A stretch of DNA of 64,000 bases. Source: Candidatus Omnitrophota bacterium. Its GTDB lineage: Bacteria; Omnitrophota; Gorgyraeia; Gygaellales; JAQTUX01. Shown here piece by piece: positions 1-7,731 of the stretch. Positions within the stretch are counted from its first letter, which is position 1. The number at the start of each line of letters is the position of its first letter. The stretch is taken from positions 13,639 to 77,638 of the forward strand of contig JAQTUX010000001.1 in the NCBI GenBank assembly GCA_028707125.1, in the 5' to 3' direction. The notes under the pieces were generated by a model. The model did no database searches and was not told the DNA's origin. It worked only from the letters and a program-made list of their open reading frames with translations. Both the position numbers and the translations under genes were made by a program.

Positions 1-509
1 TTTAACTCGAACACAAGAGAGCGGGAAAGCAGCGCTGAAACGATGGAGAAAAACGGGTTATGCACCGTTGCCCCGATAAGTATTATATTACCGTCTTCCA
101 CATCCGGCATAAGCACATCCTGCTGGAGCTTGTTAAAACGGTGTATCTCGTCAATGAAAAGCACGGTCCTTTTAGGGGCGCTGCCAAGGCGCGCCTTGGC
201 GCGGGCGATTATCTTCCTGAGGTCATCAACCCCTGAGGTAGTGGCGTTAATTGAAACAAAGTCGCTTTTTGTGGCATTGCTTATGCAGTAGGCGAGGCTG
301 GTCTTGCCTACCCCGGGAGGGCCGTAAAGTATGATAGACACCAGCCGATCCGCCTCTATGGCGCGGCGCAGCAGCTTGTCCTTGCCCAGTATGTGGGACT
401 GCCCCGCGAATTCATCCAGCGACCTCGGCCGCATGCGCACTGAAAGGGGCTGCTTCCTGGATATCTTGGGGGCCTGTTCGAGGAATAAGTCGAATGTGTC
501 GGAAGGCAT
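1..509 (-). CDS. rarA: Replication-associated recombination protein RarA/MgsA (AAA+ ATPase), N-terminal ~170 aa; 3' end runs off window start
   Basis: Reverse-strand translation from ATG at 509..507 (RBS GGGGAT upstream) gives MPSDTFDLFLEQAPKISRKQPLSVRMRPRSLDEFAGQSHILGKDKLLRRAIEADRLVSIILYGPPGVGKTSLAYCISNATKSDF...LFIDEIHRFNKLQQDVLMPDVEDGNIILIGATV. This is the RarA N-terminal region with Walker A GPPGVGKT and Walker B FIDEIHRF. It is not in the ORF track because it has no stop inside the window. Confidence 0.8.
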   Translation of the reverse strand, partial: MPSDTFDLFLEQAPKISRKQPLSVRMRPRSLDEFAGQSHILGKDKLLRRAIEADRLVSIILYGPPGVGKTSLAYCISNATKSDFVSINATTSGVDDLRKIIARAKARLGSAPKRTVLFIDEIHRFNKLQQDVLMPDVEDGNIILIGATVHNPFFSIVSALLSRSLVFEL

Positions 510-885
510 GATGTTTATCCCCGTCTCGTAAGATGTGCCAAAATTTTCTTCGATAATTTTGGCACACTCGGCGGGATTAATTCGCACAGCGGCTTACGTC
601 ACTATAGTTCCGTAAGCCGCGTGCTCATTAAAAATCCCCGCACTGTGCCGTCGGGATGGAAGCGTTGAACCTGATCGTTTCAGGTGGGCGCTCTCTCAAC
701 AAACCCTCGGGCCTGCTGAAGTCTAAGCACCCTTTATGTTGGTGTTGGCTCAACTATTTTCCGCATCCCGGCGAACACGGCAGGGATTTATTTACTCTCC
801 TTTAATGTATCGCCATAGTAAGTATACCACATTCTAAGCAGAAATTCAATGCCCACGCCTATTTTACCGTCCCGCGGCCGAGCGG

Positions 886-3045
886 TCAAGAGAATAAATC
901 GCCTCCCGTCTTCGCGGCCATTGGCAGGTTTATTGTGAACAGGGTGCCCTGGCCGTATTCGCTTGAAACCCCTATCCGTCCCTTATGGGCGGCTATTATC
1001 TTCTGTATCGCGAATAACCCCAGGCCGCTGCCTTTCTGCGTGGTCGCCTTGGTGGTATAAAAAGGCAAAAAGATGTGTTTCTTCCTCTCTTCGTCCATCC
1101 CTATGCCGTTATCTTGTATCTGGATCGTTATATATTGATCCGACTTGAACATCCTTATGATTATCTTCCCTTTGTAATCGTTAAAACCCTTCAATTCATT
1201 CCTGGCTATGGCGCCCTGCTTTACCTTAAGCGCGTCCATCGCGTTATCTATAAGATTGAAGAGCGCGTCCTGAAATAAGGCGGGGTCGCCTTCGATCCGA
1301 GGAAGGCCGTTTTCTATATGCTTCTCTATGGTCTCAACTGTTACGACGGCCCTGATCCTGGCCATCTCAACGGCGCGTTCGATCGCCTCCCTCGGATCGA
1401 ATTCCCCCGCCTGCTTCAACTGCCGCGGCTGGGAGAAATCCAGGAAGTCGTTGATGATCTTTCCGCCGTGTTTGGCGTTATCCTGAATGCGGTTCAGGGC
1501 ATACGATATGTCTTCAAATATCTTCTTTAATTCGCTTTTGGTAGACCTTTCAAAGTTGGTGAGCTTTATCGTGTCTATCGTATCCGATGTCGCCAGCATT
1601 ATGGCGTGAAAGCGGTTATTGATCTGATGGCTCATCCCGCTGGCCATAACGCCCATTGAACGCATACGCTCGGCGGCGAACAACTGCGCCTGGCTCCTCT
1701 GCGATTCTTCTATAAACTCGGTATTCTCAATTGCCAAAGCCGTCTGATTGGCAAGCATGCCGAAAACCGTAATATCGTCCTGCGTGTAGATGGCCCCCGA
1801 TGCCTTGGGCCCCAACACAAGAAAACCAAGAGATTTGTTCTTTACGAAAGAAGGGACAATAAGCCCGCACCTGATGTTGAATTTACCGTCCATGTCTCTG
1901 TCTATCTCCTCGGCAAACAGGGGCCGGCGCCTGACCTGAAGGTATTTGATCAAAGGCGCCTCAAGCGGCAGTTCCCGCGGGAAATCGGGGAAAAACCCTT
2001 TGACCGTATAGGGGTATTTCTGAATAAACCGCCCTTCCTCTTCCTCTGCCAGGTATATGCAGGCAAAGTCCACCTTTACCGCCCTGGCAACCTTGTAAAC
2101 AATTACTTTAAGCAGGCGCTCTAAATCCTTTATCAGGGTCATCGTGGCGGACAGCCGCCTGAGAACTTCCTGATAGCGGTGCTGTTCTCTAAAGATAACT
2201 CCTTCCGCGTGGCGGCGAAAGCAAGTATAAACGAAGGGGCCGAGGGTGGCAAGAAACAACGTTACCCAGGCCGCCTGTTTCCATAAACCGTATCTATAAC
2301 CCAGCAAAAAAGGGATGCCAAGGACTAAAATATAGACAAACAGGAATATGCCGGCACGGGTAACAGCAATCCTGATATCCATAAGTTGATGGCGGAATAT
2401 AGCGTAAGACGTTATTATAATATAAATACTGGCTAAAATGTTTCCATAAGGCAATATTGGGATATCATACCAAAGCGGATAATTAGTCGCGCCGCCGCCC
2501 CATCCAATGGCGGTTGCCAATAAGAGATATTTTAGTTGATTCCGTTTAAACCCGGTGGCTGTCTTATAGGATTTTACTATTAGAGCTACGCCGTATAAAA
2601 CAATCGATATCCAGATGGCGAAAAATGGATGAAATAATATGCCGGCGTTCGGCCAAAATCGGAAAACAGTTTTTTCTTCCACGCCGGGGATAAAATACGG
2701 AGAAAAACATGCCGCCAGAGAAACAACGGCAAACATATAAGCAAGCTTGATAACCCTCCTTTTCTCGAGGGAAATCCCTATCAGCTCCAATATATAATGC
2801 AAATAAAATACAGGAATAAATAGTGCCCCTGCCATTAAACCGCGGCAATACATAAGCGCCCTTAATTCATTGTCGGCAATTTGCCAGGCAAAATAGAAAT
2901 AACTCCAGACGCTTATGCTGAAGCAAAATAAAGCGTAGGCGATCCTCAGGGTATCTTTTAGCGTTTTTATGCGGCTCAAAATAAAAAGCCCCAGAACAGT
3001 GCTGGTTATGCCGTTGATCAATCCGCTTAAAGCGAAGAAACTCAT
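886..3045 (-). CDS. Sensor histidine kinase with N-terminal 7TM (7TMR-DISM-like) region, GAF domain, HisKA (H-box MSHQINNRFHAI) and HATPase_c
   Basis: 719-aa ORF with ~7 hydrophobic helices in the first 300 aa. It has a GAF-like segment (FACIYLAEEEEGRF...LGFLVLGPKASGAIYTQDDITVFGMLANQTALAIEN). The H-box is SHQINN, the N box NLIDNAMDA and the G boxes DNGIGM/GSGLGL. Confidence 0.85.
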   Translation of the reverse strand: MSFFALSGLINGITSTVLGLFILSRIKTLKDTLRIAYALFCFSISVWSYFYFAWQIADNELRALMYCRGLMAGALFIPVFYLHYILELIGISLEKRRVIKLAYMFAVVSLAACFSPYFIPGVEEKTVFRFWPNAGILFHPFFAIWISIVLYGVALIVKSYKTATGFKRNQLKYLLLATAIGWGGGATNYPLWYDIPILPYGNILASIYIIITSYAIFRHQLMDIRIAVTRAGIFLFVYILVLGIPFLLGYRYGLWKQAAWVTLFLATLGPFVYTCFRRHAEGVIFREQHRYQEVLRRLSATMTLIKDLERLLKVIVYKVARAVKVDFACIYLAEEEEGRFIQKYPYTVKGFFPDFPRELPLEAPLIKYLQVRRRPLFAEEIDRDMDGKFNIRCGLIVPSFVKNKSLGFLVLGPKASGAIYTQDDITVFGMLANQTALAIENTEFIEESQRSQAQLFAAERMRSMGVMASGMSHQINNRFHAIMLATSDTIDTIKLTNFERSTKSELKKIFEDISYALNRIQDNAKHGGKIINDFLDFSQPRQLKQAGEFDPREAIERAVEMARIRAVVTVETIEKHIENGLPRIEGDPALFQDALFNLIDNAMDALKVKQGAIARNELKGFNDYKGKIIIRMFKSDQYITIQIQDNGIGMDEERKKHIFLPFYTTKATTQKGSGLGLFAIQKIIAAHKGRIGVSSEYGQGTLFTINLPMAAKTGGDLFS

Positions 3046-3051
3046 ATCAAA

Positions 3052-4068
3052 TTATTCATTTTTATTCAATGCGATTATGTATTGCATTATCCCCTGTTGT
3101 TCATACCGGATATCAAGATCGCTTTCTTCAAATCCCGCGCTAATGAATATCCTCTTGAATTCCTCCTCGTCGCGATAAACAAGATCCCAATCTCCTCCCC
3201 ATTCCATAAAATGCACGGATGGATTGCTGTATTTATCCCTCACATTCGCGATAACCATATTCCCTTTGGGTAAAAGAAACCTCTTGAGGCCCCGGACTAC
3301 ATATACAGCGGTCCTTTCGCTAAAGTAATCAAAAAGCCCCGCGGAATAAATAAGGTCGTATTTCCCGCGAACATCTTTATCTTTCCTGGCGGTTATCCTT
3401 AAGGCATTCTCCCTGAGAAAATTAACATTGGTAAATCCGCTTAAGGCATCCCTCGCGAAATGTATGGCATTGATATCATTGTCATAGCAATCGAATATCG
3501 CTTTCTTGCACAATCCCTCATTTGAAAACAGGATCTCTCTCAATTCACGGCACGGCCCGGAGGCAAGATCCATAATCCGCAGCTTACAATCCTGCCGTCT
3601 TTTAATAAAATCGATGATCAGCCGCTTAAAATCCTCCTTTCGGTTTCTTACCGCTACCGATATGGCCGACATTTGAAAATAGTTATCAAATAGGCGATCA
3701 AATCCGGTTGTGGCGGGATTATTCTCATAGATATCTTCTATGATCTTGAAATCTCCGGTATAGCCAAAAGGTTTCCTGATGCTCCAATCGCAATAAACCC
3801 CTCTTGCGAATATCTGCCTGAATCTCTTAATAAACAACCGCTTAAGCTTGTAAACTTTATCTTCATTTCCCGCGGCCAGATTGGATCTTTCAAAATTCAT
3901 GATATCCCGGAAAACCTTGTTGATCTCCGAGTTGAACTCGCTCTGAAACCTGCCCCATTCATTGGGGCGCAGGGATAGATACGACTCGATCTCCCGCGCC
4001 CTCTTTTTATAGAGCTTAACGCTTGCCCTGAACGGCATCTCTATTTCCGATCTCAAAACAAGGCTCAT
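3052..4068 (-). CDS. Class I SAM-dependent methyltransferase-like protein with ~170-aa N-terminal domain of unknown function
   Basis: 338-aa ORF. Motif I-like IMDLASGPCRELRE is followed by an acidic DCYDND and by LIYSAGLFDYF, typical of Rossmann-fold methyltransferases. The start codon overlaps the corrected response-regulator stop (ATGA), and the ORF ends 6 nt before the histidine kinase. Confidence 0.5.
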   Translation of the reverse strand: MSLVLRSEIEMPFRASVKLYKKRAREIESYLSLRPNEWGRFQSEFNSEINKVFRDIMNFERSNLAAGNEDKVYKLKRLFIKRFRQIFARGVYCDWSIRKPFGYTGDFKIIEDIYENNPATTGFDRLFDNYFQMSAISVAVRNRKEDFKRLIIDFIKRRQDCKLRIMDLASGPCRELREILFSNEGLCKKAIFDCYDNDINAIHFARDALSGFTNVNFLRENALRITARKDKDVRGKYDLIYSAGLFDYFSERTAVYVVRGLKRFLLPKGNMVIANVRDKYSNPSVHFMEWGGDWDLVYRDEEEFKRIFISAGFEESDLDIRYEQQGIMQYIIALNKNE

Positions 4069-4449
4069 TTCTCTAACCCTAACCCCAGGTTAACGGCGTC
4101 AAAAAAACTATCCAGGTCAAACGGCTTATGCAGGAAAGCGATACAACCCAGTTTTCCCGCTTCGCCCTCTGTCTTTTTATCCGTGAAACCCGTGATAAAA
4201 ATAACCGGGGGGGATATTCTTTCCCCGCCCCTTCAACGTATCCCTGATCTGGCTGACCGTATCAACGCCGCTCTGCCCCGGCATACGGATATCGGAAATG
4301 ATCAGGTCAAAATCGCTTTCTTCGGCAAGAATGAGGGCGTCGTCGTACCTCTTAGCGATCAGGACCTCCAGGCCGCTTTTCTCAAGCAATTTACAAAACG
4401 TCTTCGTGATCAGTTCCTCGTCATCGATCACCAGGATTTTCTTTCGCAT
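4065..4449 (-). CDS. Single-domain response regulator (CheY-like receiver), interrupted by a +1 frameshift in a G7/C7 homopolymer (4207-4213)
   Basis: The N-terminal 90 aa (MRKKILVIDDEELITKTFCKLLEKSGLEVLIAKRYDDALILAEESDFDLIISDIRMPGQSGVDTVSQIRD) is a classic receiver. Removing one G from the 7-G run restores ...KNIPPVIFITGFTDKKTEGEAGKLGCIAFLHKPFDLDSFFDAVNLGLGLEK*, the canonical receiver C-terminus. Its TGA overlaps the ATG of the next gene. The span 4065..4449 is 385 nt, which is 3n+1 and consistent with a 1-nt insertion. Confidence 0.7.
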
Positions 4450-4538
4450 CCGCGGGCCCTCCTTACCCTGTTCCTGCGGATATTATATCACCTTACTGGT
4501 AAGGTGTAAATAATATTTGTTTATGTTAGAGTAATAAT

Positions 4539-4754
4539 ATGGAAAGAGACATCAAGGCGAGTTATTCTCAGCGGCTGCGGTCGTTAAGAAAGCAATACGG
4601 CTACACCCAGCAGGAGCTTGCCGAGAAGGCAGACATAGAATATAAGCACATCCAGCGCCTGGAAAGCAAGAGGCCCTGCGACGTAAAACTCTCCACGCTG
4701 GAAAAGATAGCCAGGGCATTCAATATCTCCCTTCCTGAATTACTGGATTTTTAA
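4539..4754 (+). CDS. XRE-family helix-turn-helix transcriptional regulator
   Basis: 71 aa containing YTQQELAEKADIEYKHIQRLESKRPCDVKLSTLEKIARAFNISLPELL, a Cro/C1-type HTH. Confidence 0.8.
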   Translation: MERDIKASYSQRLRSLRKQYGYTQQELAEKADIEYKHIQRLESKRPCDVKLSTLEKIARAFNISLPELLDF

Positions 4755-4768
4755 CCGCCCCCGCCCCT

Positions 4769-5455
4769 TCAGAGCATTCCCTTATCCGCGAAACTGAAAT
4801 AAGCGTCCTTACCTATTATTATGTGGTCAAGCACCATGATCTGAAGCGCGGCGCCTGATTGCGCCAACCCCGACGTAAACTTCTTGTCTTCGCTGCTGGG
4901 ATTGACATGGCCTGAGGGGTGGTTATGCACGCAGATGATCGCCGCCGCGTAATGCTGCAGCGCCTTATGAAAAACCTCCCTTATCAGGGGCCGCACGTTA
5001 TTCACGGTGCCTTCCGCTATCTCCACAATGTCGGTTATACGGCTCTGCGAATTAAGGAATACGGCCTTGACCACCTCTTTTTTCAGGCTTCCCATGCGCG
5101 GCGTTAAAATATCCGCTATGTCTTTTGAAGACCTGATCTTAAGGCTGCTTCTGTCCGCCCCCTGCTCCTTAAACCTTCTGCCTATTTCGATCGCGGCTTT
5201 GATCCGCGCGATTTTGGCGGCACCCAGCCCTTTAAATTCCTTCCAGCGGGAAAAATCAACGTCGGCCATATCGCGGAATACGCCGAATTGCTTCAGGATC
5301 GCTCTTGCCAGGTCTATCGCGCTCTTCCCCTTCACCCCTGAGCCCAAAATGACGGCCAAAAGCTCTGTGTCGGTCAGTTTGTGTTCGCCGTAGCGCAAAA
5401 GCCGTTCCCGCGGCCGGTCGTCCTCAGGCCACGAGTTAATCCCCTGTTCAGCCAT
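4769..5455 (-). CDS. radC: DNA repair protein RadC (JAB/MPN domain, UPF0758)
   Basis: 228 aa. The N-terminal HhH region (ELLAVILGSGVKGKSAIDLARAIL) and the JAMM motif HNHPSGHVNPSSED are diagnostic of RadC. Confidence 0.85.
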   Translation of the reverse strand: MAEQGINSWPEDDRPRERLLRYGEHKLTDTELLAVILGSGVKGKSAIDLARAILKQFGVFRDMADVDFSRWKEFKGLGAAKIARIKAAIEIGRRFKEQGADRSSLKIRSSKDIADILTPRMGSLKKEVVKAVFLNSQSRITDIVEIAEGTVNNVRPLIREVFHKALQHYAAAIICVHNHPSGHVNPSSEDKKFTSGLAQSGAALQIMVLDHIIIGKDAYFSFADKGML

Positions 5456-5460
5456 TTTTA

Positions 5461-5510
5461 CCCTCTACTATATAGACGTAAAAAGCGGCGTTTTACTTGC
5501 AAAAAAGTTT
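5461..5510 (-). promoter_or_regulatory. Conserved promoter/leader cassette copy A (TTTTTTGCAAG-N-TTTACGTCTATATAGTAGAGGG) immediately upstream of radC
   Basis: The reverse complement reads AAACTTTTTTGCAAGTAAAACGCCGCTTTTTACGTCTATATAGTAGAGGGTAAAAATG. It is near-identical to the copies at 11058-11108 and ~51533-51585 and ends in the RBS of the downstream gene. Confidence 0.5.
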
Positions 5511-6918
5511 AAGAAAAATAGGCGTGGGGAATCCCTGATAGACAGGAGTTAAATATGAGGAGGGCTGATATCAGCAGCTCGCATGTCGCGGCTACGATGC
5601 CACAGAGGGCGGGGATCATAAAACTGAAGGCAAGAAGCAGGAATCCCGAGGCAACAACGATACTCAAATAAGGCACGACAACCATATTGGCAAAAATGGC
5701 TATGGGCGAGACAATGCCGAAATAATGCCAAACCGGCAGGGCAGTGCCCAGCCAGGCAGCCAGGGATACGCAAAACGCGAGTATTGGAAACTTCACTATC
5801 CTCTTCTTCAATAACACCTCCGGAAATAGCCGGCGTATCCTGGGAGACAGCCAGACAATGGAAAGCACGCTTATAAACGAGAGTTGAAACCCTATGTCAA
5901 ATAACTGGTTAGGATTTATAAGCAGTATGATAAACGCGGCGATGGCAAGGGAATTATAAATATTCACCTCCCGCTCCAGCACATAACCCAAAAGCATAAC
6001 CTCCGCCATCAGCGTTGCCCTGACAACCGAAACCCTGGCACCGGTAAGCAGGCAATAAAATGCCAGCAGGGACATCGTGATAATGAAACGCGGCTTTCTG
6101 GATATCCTAAGGGACTTAAGCAGCGATAAAAAGATGAAAGCGGCTATCCCTGTATGCAGGCCCGATACCGCGAGTATGTGGACTGTGCCGGTCCTCATAA
6201 ACAACTCATTGACCTGCCGCGGCGGCGCCCTTCTTTCGCCAAGCAGCATCGCGCTGTACAGATTGGCTGAGACCGGAGAAAGATAATCGTTCAATATAGC
6301 GATCAGCCTGTTTTTCAAAGATACGGCTGCCTGCTTTATAATGCTGCCCCGGTTATGTGAAATCACTTTGATCCCCGATCCCGTATTAACAGTCGCTATT
6401 GAATATATGCCATTCCGCCTCAGATACGCCCGGTAATCAAACCTTCCGTCACCGAAGTTATACGGCCAGTCGATCTTGCCTGTTATTGAGACCTCGTCGC
6501 CAAAACGCGCGTTCATATCGGCGGGCATCCTTACCAGAGCCTTGCCTGCGACAGCAAATTCCCTGCTATTGAATATAATCCTTTTAGCATCCAACACAAA
6601 GGCCTGCCTTTTATTGCCGATCTCGCGCGGCTCTTCCGCGACTATGCCTACTATATCTATGGCTTCGGTAACGTAATTAAAATTGCTGACGTGATTATGG
6701 GGCAGGACTTTTGTGTTGGCGTAAAGCAGCGCGCCCAGGAAGAAAAACAGCGCCTGCGCCGGAACGGCTGAATATGCCCGGCGCCTGAAGAACACGAAAT
6801 TAGCGGCTAAGGCGGCGGCTGTCAATATTAAGAACGCGGATAGAGGAAGGGGAAAAAAATGCGCGGCAAGAATACCGGCGATCAAAGAAACGGTTATGCC
6901 GATCAAGGGATACTTCAT
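5509..6918 (-). CDS. comEC: ComEC/Rec2-family competence (DNA internalization) membrane protein, no beta-lactamase domain
   Basis: 469-aa polytopic membrane protein with N-terminal DUF4131-like and ComEC-like regions. It overlaps comEA by 4 nt. Confidence 0.7.
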   Translation of the reverse strand: MKYPLIGITVSLIAGILAAHFFPLPLSAFLILTAAALAANFVFFRRRAYSAVPAQALFFFLGALLYANTKVLPHNHVSNFNYVTEAIDIVGIVAEEPREIGNKRQAFVLDAKRIIFNSREFAVAGKALVRMPADMNARFGDEVSITGKIDWPYNFGDGRFDYRAYLRRNGIYSIATVNTGSGIKVISHNRGSIIKQAAVSLKNRLIAILNDYLSPVSANLYSAMLLGERRAPPRQVNELFMRTGTVHILAVSGLHTGIAAFIFLSLLKSLRISRKPRFIITMSLLAFYCLLTGARVSVVRATLMAEVMLLGYVLEREVNIYNSLAIAAFIILLINPNQLFDIGFQLSFISVLSIVWLSPRIRRLFPEVLLKKRIVKFPILAFCVSLAAWLGTALPVWHYFGIVSPIAIFANMVVVPYLSIVVASGFLLLAFSFMIPALCGIVAATCELLISALLIFNSCLSGIPHAYFS

Positions 6919-7271
6919 TCCATTACGATAAGATCCTTGAACCTCGCGTACTTACCGGGCCCTACGCCTTTTACCTTTCTGATGTCCTCCTCAAAGAAAA
7001 ACGGCCCCTGCGATTTACGGTATTCGATTATCCTTTCTGCCAACGCCGGCCCTATGCCGGGCAAGGATATCAGCTGCTCCCTGGTGGCAATATTTATGTT
7101 TATCTTTTCCCGCGCGCGCTGTGTCCGCGACTCTGGCGGCTTTGAGAAGATCACGCCGCGGGGGATTTCAGGAGAGAGGCCCTTTACAAAAATACTTATC
7201 AGCAGCCCCGTCAAGATCACGGCGCCGATAAATAATAAAATTCCCCGTTCCTGGCGGGTAAGATTCAGCAT
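6915..7271 (-). CDS. comEA: ComEA-like helix-hairpin-helix DNA-binding competence protein
   Basis: 118 aa with one N-terminal TM helix and a tandem HhH (NINIATREQLISLPGIGPALAERIIEYR...GPFFFEEDIRKVKGVGPGKYARFKDLI). Confidence 0.85.
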   Translation of the reverse strand: MLNLTRQERGILLFIGAVILTGLLISIFVKGLSPEIPRGVIFSKPPESRTQRAREKININIATREQLISLPGIGPALAERIIEYRKSQGPFFFEEDIRKVKGVGPGKYARFKDLIVME

Positions 7272-7326
7272 ATCTGGTAATCTTCAAATATTTATGTTAT
7301 TATAACATACGCAACGGAGGAGAAAA

Positions 7327-7731
7327 ATGAAAATAAGGCGCGGTTTTACGCTAATCGAAGTTTTAATAGTTGTAATGGTCATTTCTATCGTGGCGGCGCT
7401 GGCCATACCCAATATACTAAGGTCAAAATTGACCGCCAATGAATCGGCCGCCCAGACAACGCTGAAGACCATCGCGGTTGCCTGCGAGAACTACGCGACG
7501 GCAAACAACGGCCTTTACCCCGCATCTGAAACACAACTCCTTGAAGCGGAGCCGCCATATCTGAACGGCTCATACGACGGGCAGACGATCCAGGGGTATA
7601 AATACGCCTTTAATCTCACGAACGCGAGTTATCTTGTCATTGCCTCGCCTGCCAGCTGCGGGGCGAACGGCTCAAAGACCTATACGATCGTAACCGGCGG
7701 GATCCTTACGGGGGCGGACTGCGGCGCCTAA
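7327..7731 (+). CDS. Prepilin-type N-terminal cleavage/methylation domain protein (type IV pilin / competence pseudopilin-like)
   Basis: MKIRRGFTLIEVLIVVMVISIVAALAIP is a class III signal (G^FTLIE) followed by a hydrophobic helix. The gene is divergent from comEA. Confidence 0.75.
   Translation: MKIRRGFTLIEVLIVVMVISIVAALAIPNILRSKLTANESAAQTTLKTIAVACENYATANNGLYPASETQLLEAEPPYLNGSYDGQTIQGYKYAFNLTNASYLVIASPASCGANGSKTYTIVTGGILTGADCGA

Noticed and set aside
4177-4449. Annotating the receiver as a complete 90-aa protein
   Set aside because: It ends in a non-receiver tail and lacks the alpha4-beta5-alpha5 region. The -1-nt-corrected frame restores a textbook receiver, so it is reported as frameshifted.
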